DNA from: Aplysia californica
Lineage: Eukaryota
Reading direction: 5' to 3'
DNA length: 63,872 nt
NCBI RefSeq assembly: GCF_000002075.1
Contig: NW_004797938.1
Span: 205,350-269,221 of the forward strand
Within the stretch, counting starts at the first letter, position 1. Every line of letters begins with the position of its first letter. The notes beneath the pieces are model-generated. The model was not told the origin of the DNA. It did no database searches and worked only from the letters and a program-made list of their open reading frames with translations. Both the position numbers and the translations under genes were made by a program. This document shows, in pieces, positions 40,151 through 50,993 of the stretch.

Positions 40151-41393
40151 TTTATAAGTCGTGTCCATTCTGCATCTTTGTCGAAGTGTGGAGTGTGGCA
40201 ATCGTTCAGACGAGGATGTAATTTTCAACAAGGGAGATTTCAGCATCATCATCAGTTGGAGGAACAGCAACTATAGAAGACTATGTAATGGCGAAAGGAA
40301 AAATAAATTATGGGAAAATATCGTACATCTTCTTGAGTGATTTATGTATGAAGATTAAAGTAAAATCAAATGTGAGGACCATAGAACGACAATGTTTTTA
40401 TTCGTTTTGTTATATTTTAGTTTAACAGTATTGTAAGTCTTTCATGACCTGAAATAACTCTTTACCCCCCCCCNNNNNNNNNNNNNNNNNNNNNNNNNNN
40501 NNNNNNNNNNNNNNNNNNNNNNNNNNNNNNNNNNNNNNNNNNNNNNNNNNNNNNNNNNNNNNNNNNNNNNNNNNNNNNNNNNNNNNNNNNNNNNNNNNNN
40601 NNNNNNNNNNNNNNNNNNNNNNNNNNNNNNNNNNNNNNNNNNNNNNNNNNNNNNNNNNNNNNNNNNNNNNNNNNNNNNNNNNNNNNNNNNNNNNNNNNNN
40701 NNNNNNNNNNNNNNNNNNNNNNNNNNNNNNNNNNNNNNNNNNNNNNNNNNNNNNNNNNNNNNNNNNNNNNNNNNNNNNNNNNNNNNNNNNNNNNNNNNNN
40801 NNNNNNNNNNNNNNNNNNNNNNNNNNNNNNNNNNNNNNNNNNNNNNNNNNNNNNNNNNNNNNNNNNNNNNNNNNNNNNNNNNNNNNNNNNNNNNNNNNNN
40901 NNNNNNNNNNNNNNNNNNNNNNNNNNNNNNNNNNNNNNNNNNNNNNNNNNNNNNNNNNNNNNNNNNNNNNNNNNNNNNNNNNNNNNNNNNNNNNNNNNNN
41001 NNNNNNNNNNNNNNNNNNNNNNNNNNNNNNNNNNNNNNNNNNNNNNNNNNNNNNNNNNNNNNNNNNNNNNNNNNNNNNNNNNNNNNNNNNNNNNNNNNNN
41101 NNNNNNNNNNNNNNNNNNNNNNNNNNNNNNNNNNNNNNNNNNNNNNNNNNNNNNNNNNNNNNNNNNNNNNNNNNNNNNNNNNNNNNNNNNNNNNNNNNNN
41201 NNNNNNNNNNNNNNNNNNNNNNNNNNNNNNNNNNNNNNNNNNNNNNNNNNNNNNNNNNNNNNNNNNNNNNNNNNNNNNNNNNNNNNNNNNNNNNNNNNNN
41301 NNNNNNNNNNNNNNNNNNNNNNNNNNNNNNNNNNNNNNNNNNNNNNNNNNNNNNNNNNNNNNNNNNNNNNNNNNNNNNNNNNNNNNNNNNNNN

Positions 41394-44056
41394 CTCTTCT
41401 GTCGTCTGCAGCAGCCCAAGGGGTCGTCCTCCGTCCGGGAAGATGTCCTGCTACGGGGACTCAGGCTGCTTTTGACCCCAGTCGGGTATGTGGCAACTAG
41501 CAACATAATAATATGTGGCATGTTTTTGTTCTGTGTGGAGTATGTGCAATTGTCTGTCTATGACGTTTTTAGATTTGTCTCTAGTTGCAGGGCCCTTAAT
41601 GTGGTCTGCTCTGTCTGTTTTTTCTTAGACCCCAGTCGGGTATGTGGCAACCAGCATCATATATGCCTTGGTTTTGTTCTGTGTGTAATTGTCTGTTAGT
41701 AGCATTGTTAGATTAGTCTCTGATTGTAGGCCCTTTATGTGGTCTACCCTGTCTGTTTCCTTTTAGTGGTAGGCCTGCAGTACTTATGATAAAATTAATT
41801 TGCAAGTCTATTACTGGTGAAATATTGTACCGAGTTGTCTTTAACTTAAGATTTCCATATCCATGTCTGTCTCTATTCTTCTCTTAGTCCCTGTCTCTTC
41901 CTGTCTCTCACAATCATCACTTCAGACCCAGCAGCAGCAATCAAAACGACCAAGAACACATAAAAATCAAGAAGCAATGACATAACTGCACCAATGCGCA
42001 CCATTTAGCTTACTCTCAGCGCAACAGTCACTGTCTCAACCGTTGTACTGTAGCAAGTACATCATCCATCAGCTCACGTCTCTCCTCCACACCCCCTCCC
42101 CTCAATAACTCTTCACAATCGTTTTGCCTCGGTTCCCTCACGTACTTTACATTAATCCCCCCCCACACACCTCCCCCCTCCCCTACAGTACCTGGGTACG
42201 TGGTACGAGTACGAGCGCTTCGACAACTGGTTCGAGGCGGGCATGGACTGTGTGAGAGCCGAGTACGGCCTGAACCCTGACCAGACCATCAGTGTTCTCA
42301 ACGCCGGCACCAGGAGCTTTAAGCTGTGAGTAGAAGCCTGTAGAATATACAATGTAGATTGGGAAAATAGATGGATGTACATAGGGAAATATGCCAAATA
42401 AGAGGCCTGACATCCAAAACATTATTTATCAACAGCTAAATTGTAAGAAACGGGCGAAGGTAGACTTACAAAGTCAACATAAAGAACTTGCACAGGTTAG
42501 TATGTGCCGTACCTATGTGTTTACCGAACTGTTGTGTTCTTAACAAGTACTTGTACTACCATCGTCATCATAATCATAATTAGGGAGGAAAAATAATAAG
42601 GGAAGAAAAGCAATAACGTTTGAAAAATACTTAAATTAAAGATAGGTATATCCTATGCTGCAAGGGTAAAGCCAACTGCACACATCATACTCCCATTTAG
42701 TCAAAGGAAGAACAAACTCACCAGTCCCCTCTGTCCCACCCCACCAGGTTCGGACGTACTATCTTCAGCCGGCCGGCCTCCATCAACGGTGACGCTACCA
42801 CACCGGACCCTGCTTCCCCCGCCCAGCTCAAAGTGTCCTTCTCACAATGTAAGTTTTCACCTCACTTTCTCTGACGGAGATTTTACAAGGCACTTACTGT
42901 CTTCCCTTTCAGTTTCTTTGTTGAAAACGTGGAACGTTTGACGGGTAAAACATTCAGAATGGTACCAACATTATGGCAAATCAAAAATATGTATGCATTA
43001 TAATACTCTTTGGCCCAAGTCATGATAGCATTCGTTACTGAAAAGTGGGTGGGGAGTTTTTGCAAAAACTGCAGTAACGGCATAATATATACTGTATTTG
43101 TCCTATGAATGTCAATGGATGAAACATGTTTACTGAGAGGGAAACTTTCACACAAGAACTGGCGTGCAGATATCTCACCTAGCACTTTTGCTAGATTTCA
43201 GAGGAGATGATTTTGGTTCAAATACTTAATGGGGCTTTGTGGAACTTGGAATATTGATTTAATCGAAGAATTATCAAGGCTCTTAATCTCTCCTATGAGA
43301 AGCATACGTTTGATTCGTAGATCCTACCTCTTTAATCACTATATGAAGTTTCTAATGGCACAAAGCTTCTACCATATCATATCACAGCATGTATAACTTA
43401 TAACCAAGTTTTCACTGAACTGTTCCAGTTGACGGTATTGGTGGCAATGAGCCCAACTACTACATCGTGGAGACGGACTACGACAATTACGCGGTTGTCT
43501 TCTCTTGTTTCGACCTGCCTGGACTGCCTGTGAATATCCGTAAGTAGACAAGAGCTTGTTTGTTTGAGTTTTGAATTTTACAGTCCTTTTCAACCACTGT
43601 AAACATTTTGACGAAGATAATACCTGGGGGATGGGACGCAATGAATACCCCCCCAAAAACCCAAAACATCTCGGCGTGGATTTGAACGTTATCTATTTAC
43701 ACTTTAGGAAGATGTTTTACCCCCCAAAGGCTGTTCATAAAAACACTTCTACCAATCTCTGGAGATTTACATCTCTCTTGAAATAGCAAGGTTAGTTAAG
43801 TCTCTATAGAAACAAACCATTAAAATTCATTGCAGTCTCGCTGTACTGTAATACTTTAAAGTACATGTTGTTACATTTTGCTTGTTACAAGTTCTTCATT
43901 TTTTCTCTCCCAATTCCAGAGTTTGCGTGGATCCTGACCAGAGACAGAGGGGTAGCCCCTGCTAACCTGAACGCCATCAAAAACAACCTCCAAGCTGCTG
44001 GCGTCAGAACGAGATACTTCAAATCTGTGAACCAAGCTGACTGTCCTGTAGCATAA
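41394..44056 (+). CDS. Apolipoprotein D-like lipocalin, copy 6 (start codon in the gap); copy at the presumed ancestral position next to WASHC3
   Basis: Exon 1 visible at 41394-41485, then exons 42189-42325, 42748-42848, 43429-43539, 43920-44056. Frame intact; introns much more diverged than those of the other copies. Confidence 0.88.
41474..41770 (+). repeat. Tandem duplication (~150 bp) of the exon 1/intron 1 junction in lipocalin copy 6
   Basis: gaccccagtcgggtatgtggcaac occurs at 41474 and again at 41628; the second unit is more diverged. Confidence 0.85.
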
Positions 44057-44377
44057 ATCTCATGTCTGTTCTTTTGTCTCAAACCGAATCCATTTGAGAC
44101 CAATATTGTCCAACTATTATGTACTATGTATCCAGTTTTTAGCACTCTCCTCTAGGAAGCGGAGTACAAATTGTATTGACTGTTAGTTATATGTATTCAT
44201 AAGATAAGCTTCTCGTGTAGTTTTTATTTTTTCAACACATATTTAATGTTGTTCTCGTTAGTTTGGGTACTGACAATATCGTGGCAGCAATCAGGAATGA
44301 TATGACTATGACATGTTCAGATTTTTTATGACTTTTCCTTCTTGTCAAGAGCTCTGTGATAAATATGACATGAAAAT

Positions 44378-44380
<3 letters not shown>

Positions 44381-44446
<66 letters not shown>
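44381..44446. repeat. (TA)n microsatellite downstream of copy 6
   Basis: Direct reading. Confidence 0.95.
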
Positions 44447-44449
<3 letters not shown>

Positions 44450-45019
44450 CAGAGTGAAGCAGACCGAAGAGTTNNNNNNNNNNNNNNNNNNNNNNNNNNN
44501 NNNNNNNNNNNNNNNNNNNNNNNNNNNNNNNNNNNNNNNNNNNNNNNNNNNNNNNNNNNNNNNNNNNNNNNNNNNNNNNNNNNNNNNNNNNNNNNNNNNN
44601 NNNNNNNNNNNNNNNNNNNNNNNNNNNNNNNNNNNNNNNNNNNNNNNNNNNNNNNNNNNNNNNNNNNNNNNNNNNNNNNNCATGATCTGTACTTCTACTT
44701 TTTGTAAAAAAAAAAAAAAGGTTATAAACTTGCTGTCGAAAAGTATCTTGTGTCTCAAAGTTCCATTTTATCTTCATGTGGACAAAATTCAAACTAACAG
44801 TTAAGTTCTATTATTATGAACGGCAGATTTTGGAATGTCTCTTATGTTCAACAAGCACTGAACTATTTTATTATCTGAGAAGTCAAAGATGAACCATTCG
44901 CATAGATAGTGTAATGCCAAACTACAATGCGGGTGACCTTGGATCAGAATCAAAACCAGGCTTTCTGGAACTTGGTTTTGAGAGTGTTCATTGTTCTCTG
45001 GGTTGATAAATGTTAGGTG

Positions 45020-45314
45020 AAAAGGTGAAATGGTGAAATGGTAAAGGTTTAACACCCCTATCAACACTATTAGGTGTGACCTCCGAGTTTTAACGTCCAT
45101 CTCCGGAAGGACCGAGATAAGTGGGAAATTCGTGTAAAGTGCCTTTCCCAAGGACACAACATCGGACCGAGCTGAGGCTCGAACCCCCGAACCCGCAATC
45201 TCACGATTACGAGTCCCGTAGCCTCACCACCTGGTTACCGACGCCACCCTAGAAAAAAATGGTGAAATGGTATAGGTTTAACGCCCCTTTCAACACTATT
45301 AGACGCCACCCTAG
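45020..45314 (-). mobile_element. tRNA/CORE-like SINE with (CCATTTCA)-type tail plus an adjacent ~49-bp truncated insertion
   Basis: Same head and body as 22958-23075 in reverse, but a different tail; 13-bp direct repeat gacgccaccctag at 45240-45252 and 45302-45314. Confidence 0.7.
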
Positions 45315-48300
45315 GTAGTTTAGAGTGTTAATTGATCTCTGGGTTGTTTGGGAGGGTTAATTGTTTCCTGGCCTCTAGGATATATAATTATGTCTATTTG
45401 CCTTAGATTTATGTACAAAATTGGTATAATTGCAGACAGTACATCGTCCATAGTTGCTCTCCCCTTCTCCTCGGAATACACCTCAGTCCATCCGCTTATT
45501 GTCCCAGGTAGAATTTGGTAGAAGAACCGTCATGGATCTGTTCAATCAGAGAGGATGTGAAATCGGAGTTCCCAAGCCATAAATGACATTATAGGGTTGA
45601 AAAGAGTGTTATACCCCACGATATAACATCAAGATGCGCTTTGCCATGTATTGATTGGTTTAGAGTCTGGCATATTAGCTTTTTACCATCTTTGCTGCGG
45701 CCACCATAGTATTCAGTCACACGTTAAGTCCTATTTTGGAACCAAGGAAGTGACATCAAAACACGTTAAAGTATCATAAGAATACATTGAATTAAAAGAC
45801 TGGCCAGTGTTTCGATGCATGACTGGCACTGTTTTTTTTTTCTTTCTATAGTAGAGGTTTTGCGGCGCTCGAAACTGCATAAGGTCATATGAGCGCCAAG
45901 GGGTAGGTGTCAACAGAGAAGTCTTTACAAGGAATCGGGCTTACTCTGCTCACCTCTCTAGCTTCAACAGCACAAAATCTGTTTCGACTTTCAAGGCACC
46001 CTGGAAATAGCAGGTCACAACAGTGTGACAAACATACAAAAGAAGTACAGGAAAATGATAGTAAGGATTACCAACGAAAAAGCAGCAGTTCCCTGTTGTA
46101 GGTCAGGCACAGTTATGAACCTGATATTGATTAATCAGCTCATTTACAATTCTACTGTGCATAAGAACGAGAAATGTCCCCCTTTGGGAATGGCCTAAAG
46201 ACACTTCAGTCATAGCACTGTTTGATCTTGTCAGTGTTGTTAGGGGCAATGATCTCAGACCCATACGTCGTCTACTACTCAAACGAGTAGAAGATATAAA
46301 CTGTGTTTCTCATACTTGATGCAACTTCAACTATGTGTGTCCGGGCTCAGGGCAAACTGCTATATGATAAACGGTACAGAGAAAAGGCTTTTTAGTTTTT
46401 AATACAGGGAAGCACATTGACACAGTAACAGTCATTTATTGCCAAGAAAAAGCTTAAAAGACAGAAACAACATCGGGAAAGTAGAGAAGTAGGACTTATC
46501 AGTAGCACCTTCCAACCACTACAAAAGAAAAACCAGGAAGCCAAAAACAAGAGAAGGACAGAAAAAGAAAAGCTGCCGGTGAATGAGGAAGTTCAGATTA
46601 CTTGTACACTGTACGATTCAAACCACATGCACTGAAAAAAAAATATACAAGAGATAAAAAACATTTGGTTTGGCATTGAGAATGAATACTTGTAATTTGA
46701 AACAAAAACGAGATATTGAAAAACAGTCAAATGCGTACCATATTAGCATTACGCTCCTTGACATGAACAGAAGCAGAAAGGTTAGTATTTTAACACCAGC
46801 TCTTTGCGGCAAAACAATTTGTTCCCTTGAGTCCTTGTGATACAAACTTACAAGGAAAAATACCTTAATTTAGTTAATTTTCAACAAACATATCTAGAAC
46901 TTTACTTAATAAATACACTAAAAAGTTTGTTATGATAACATTAGATATACGAGTATACCCCCTTCCTTCTCTTTCAAAAAAAAAAAAAAGGACTCCACTG
47001 CATATTGTAGCTTCTCGGGCTGACTTGCAATGATGTTTCATGCTCGAATGAACAATAAAATATCAGAGGAGCATAATTCCCACACTAAAAACCTCAGTCT
47101 TTAGGCTGGAGGCTTTCTACGAAAGGAGAAAAGCACTACATGCTCTACTTACAAAATCAAGTTTTATACATTTTTGTACTAGAGACCTTGCGGCACTTTT
47201 CAAATCAAATTTTTACAAATTTCACAGGTAGAACCCTGGTTCCAGTATTGGAGTCACTCTGCCATGCTGCATACAGCATTCAAGACAATCAAGATTAGGA
47301 CAGCTTTTATTTGTTTCGATACCACCCCAAACACAACCTCAGCCTTTCTATTAGTAAGGTGACAAGGTAGTGGGCAGCCACTTGCAACATGTCTACACAG
47401 CTAGCTTTGCATCGAAAAGCAGTGCCAGCAAATGATTGACAAACGTTAACATTTTTCAAAAAAGGATGTGGCAGAGGGATCACTTGGGGGGGAAATTTCT
47501 AAACTACTATCTGGCATTTCAGATGTTTTTTTTACTCCTAGCTCAATCTTTGCACAGAGTCATTTTAGAACAACTGGAGATGCTACAAGAGCTGTTCAAA
47601 GTCCTGTAATGGACAAGATTTACAGACTGAATACCAAGGGAAATGCAGAAATTGGACAGATTTGAGATAACAAAGTAACATTGTGAGGCCAATACGCATA
47701 TTTAATAAGGTGAAATACTTTTTCAGTATACACAAGTAAAAAAATACAAGTGAGAATTGACAGTGAGTTGTCATTTTGCAAGTCAGGGCCACATGACAAC
47801 ATCTCGATAAGCTTTCTGTACAAATTCCACTTCAATGAGAGATGCATCAAAGTTCATTGTTGTCTTCTTATGGCGCTCATATACAAAAGCATGCATCATT
47901 GCTCAAGCACACGAACTCAAGCATGAATAATATGACATTTACTTTGACATATATATGCAAACACACCTATGGCGACTTGCACAAATAGTTTTGAAGTTAA
48001 AGGCAATCTGATTTCAGGAAGCCATTACACTGGATTGGACTGGCTTCAATTTCAACAACAAAAGCAGCAAACAGTGTGCGAAGAAGTTTAAACATATTAT
48101 CCATTCATTACTTCTATTTTCAACTCATGCCACCACATCAATTTGTCACATGTCTCTTAACTACACCGTTCATCTGAATCACAACTCTCACTTTCATTCA
48201 CGTTTCTCAAAATCACATCGCACTAAACCACATGGTTCATTTATCACAAGTCTTCAACACAAGCTTCTTTCATCATATCTCTCTTCACCGTTATATAATG

Positions 48301-49181
48301 ATTACATTATTATCTTAAAATACACAGATCATTTATTACATCACTATTAACTAATTCCATTCCCACAAACATCTGTCTTAAATACAGTGTTCATCAAAGA
48401 CGTCTTTCTTAAACACAACTTTCACTAATTGCATCTTTCTTCTTTTTCCTTCAATGCCAAAAACCTCTGTAGCACGCTCTATTGAAGCAAACACAGCAAA
48501 AACATACAGCAGATAAAACAACATTACACAGCATACCAATTTACTGGAATGATCAGAAGTACTTTCACACTTTTCAGAAGATAATAATATCTCAGACCAA
48601 CTAAATCATGCTTAGGTCATCATAACACGCCAGAAGATACGAGCATATATATATATACATAGTACATGTAACACATTAGAGTTTGGATGTCTTTCCACAC
48701 CGGCAACATTGAGGTGGACTCTTGATCTCTTTAGCAAAATATTTATGGGTACATGTATTTCTTTAGAACACTTGAACTTATAAATATTACAATATAACAT
48801 GTAGTACTGAATTGAAAGTTACAATTGCTATCAACAGATGGGATCTGCAAACGAAAATCAAACCTGACAGGACGGAGAAGAAAACCCTCACAACTTTCCC
48901 AACAAACCAGACTGATGATCAGCCTCGTACGGATTCAAATATGTTTCAAAGTCAGGCTTTCAGAAACAAAAACAAGGAAGCACATAATTTCTCTTATTAG
49001 CTGTTATCATAATATTATCACACTGAAGTCCTTTCCAAATTTCTCCATGTCATGTCCTTTTCCTATTTATACGTCAGAATTCAGTTTAACATGTTTCTAT
49101 AGCTGCCAAACAGATGCGCTTCCAGCCAACATTGTCCTGTGAAGCCATGGGTGTCAGTGTCCTCGAGTTATGTGTTCCCTA

Positions 49182-49260
49182 TTAACCCTTCGGCTGCATG
49201 TTCCACAATCACACCAAAGAGCTTTAAATAATGCTTTCATTCCAGGCAGTGAAGGGGTAA
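49182..49260. mobile_element. Tiny piggyBac-like MITE remnant
   Basis: ttaacccttcggctgc ... gcagtgaaggggtaa imperfect inverted ends. Confidence 0.35.
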
Positions 49261-50210
49261 ACTTAGAGGCAAAATGATCCCTGAATGGGATAACAGCCTC
49301 CTACTTTATCATTTAATCTACAGCATAGAAATCCCACGGTAAAGCCCAGAATCAGGCATTGATTATGCTTTGTACAGGAATCAATCACACCACCACAGTT
49401 TCAACAAACACGAGCCCAAGTTATCATCTCACTAGACTCAAACACTTGTCAACAAGCCTATAACAACCTTCATTTATCATCCTTCACCACTTCTAATCTT
49501 CCTCTTTTCTCCTTTAAAAAACTTATGGCATCTGTTTAGATCACAACATTCAACACTACAGAAATACTAGATAATAGAATATCTTTCATGAAATCGTGAT
49601 TGCTGCAGCTGGGATAAGGAACGAGTCTAACAGTGAGGGAAAGAAACACAATAGTAGAACAAAGAACAGAAGCAAGACTGAGTAGGGTTAGATATGTGTG
49701 AAAGGAGGGATTTAGGATGGAACCAGGGAGGAAAAAGAAGGAGCCCCAAGGAAGGAAGAGAAGAGGCAGACCTCACAAGGGGTTCATGGAAGATGAGTGC
49801 ATGGACATTGGGCTGTCCAATAGTAACCAGGTTCAGCCTGACAGCTCACCACTGATTGATTTCCTGTCATGTTAACGGGTTCCTTCGTTTAGAGGTAGAC
49901 AGAATGCTTGTCTGTCATGTGAAATAGGCCTCTTTATATCACCCCTATTTTATGCAGGAATTACTGACAGATACTTCGGTACCATTTTTTCAATCTGTCA
50001 CAACCTGGATCCCAGTGCAGAAAGGACAAACTCATTTTTGTAAGACCTTGCAGAATAAAAAGGAAAATTAATACTGTACTTTGTTCGTTGCGACCCAAAT
50101 CACAAGCAAATGGGACTACCTTGCACGACAGTCCATGTCATGCTGCCTTCATTCCCACACAGAAACATCTCAATCTCATTCATAAATTATACCATACTTC
50201 ACTTTCAAAG

Positions 50211-50453
50211 GGTCGCTTTTAAGGACAAGCGGGCTAACCCTGATTTCAGGGTTTTCCTGAAATCTTGACCTACACCAAAAGTGGGTATTGCCCTACCTAT
50301 AGGAGAAGTTTGGTTTCATTGGGGTGAATATTTGTTTGGTTATAAAGAAAACTCTCCTTGTCTGAACAAAACTGAACAAGGGGCAAAAACTTTACCTTCG
50401 ATTTTCTCAAAACAACATTTTTCGGGATAGCCCACTTGTGCTTAAAAGCGACC
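50211..50453. mobile_element. MITE (243 bp)
   Basis: 26-bp TIRs ggtcgcttttaaggacaagcgggcta / tagcccacttgtgcttaaaagcgacc; TSD not clear. Confidence 0.7.
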
Positions 50454-50993
50454 AAATCAAAGGACTATTGTTCGGGGTGCTATAAAGACATACCAAATTT
50501 TCCACAGACAGCTGGAACGTGTCCTTAAAAATAAACTCAGAACTACATTCTGTTGTGGAAAAAGCACTTCAAACGGGACTTTCAGTACATGTAAGGGGCC
50601 ATAAGGTACAGTTGTCAAATGTTGTACTCTTTCAAAGAAGTTCTCTCTATAAAATAGAATTTCAGCGTAACTTTTATTTTCAATGGGAATTCAATTATGA
50701 AAAAAAAATGTTGCAATGTTTTTCGGTTTTGGACTTAAAAGCTGAATTACCCAAGGCCCTATGGAAGGTGAAATTTGATTTTTTTTAATGACTGTATCCA
50801 GTGCTTATCCTATAAGCATCATAAACAGAGTTAAACAAAAATTAAAAGCTCAGAGAATCCAGAACTTTAAAATTTCAGAGTTACTAGGACAAGAGGCACC
50901 ACTAAGCCATTTCATTAATCAGGTTGGTGGATGGAAGGACTAGTTCTTGCCTGACAGGTGACCATTGAGAGGAACGGACACGCTGTGGGCTGC

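Noticed and set aside
40442-41521. 359-aa ORF
   Set aside because: Almost entirely N gap; antisense to copy 6 exon 1.
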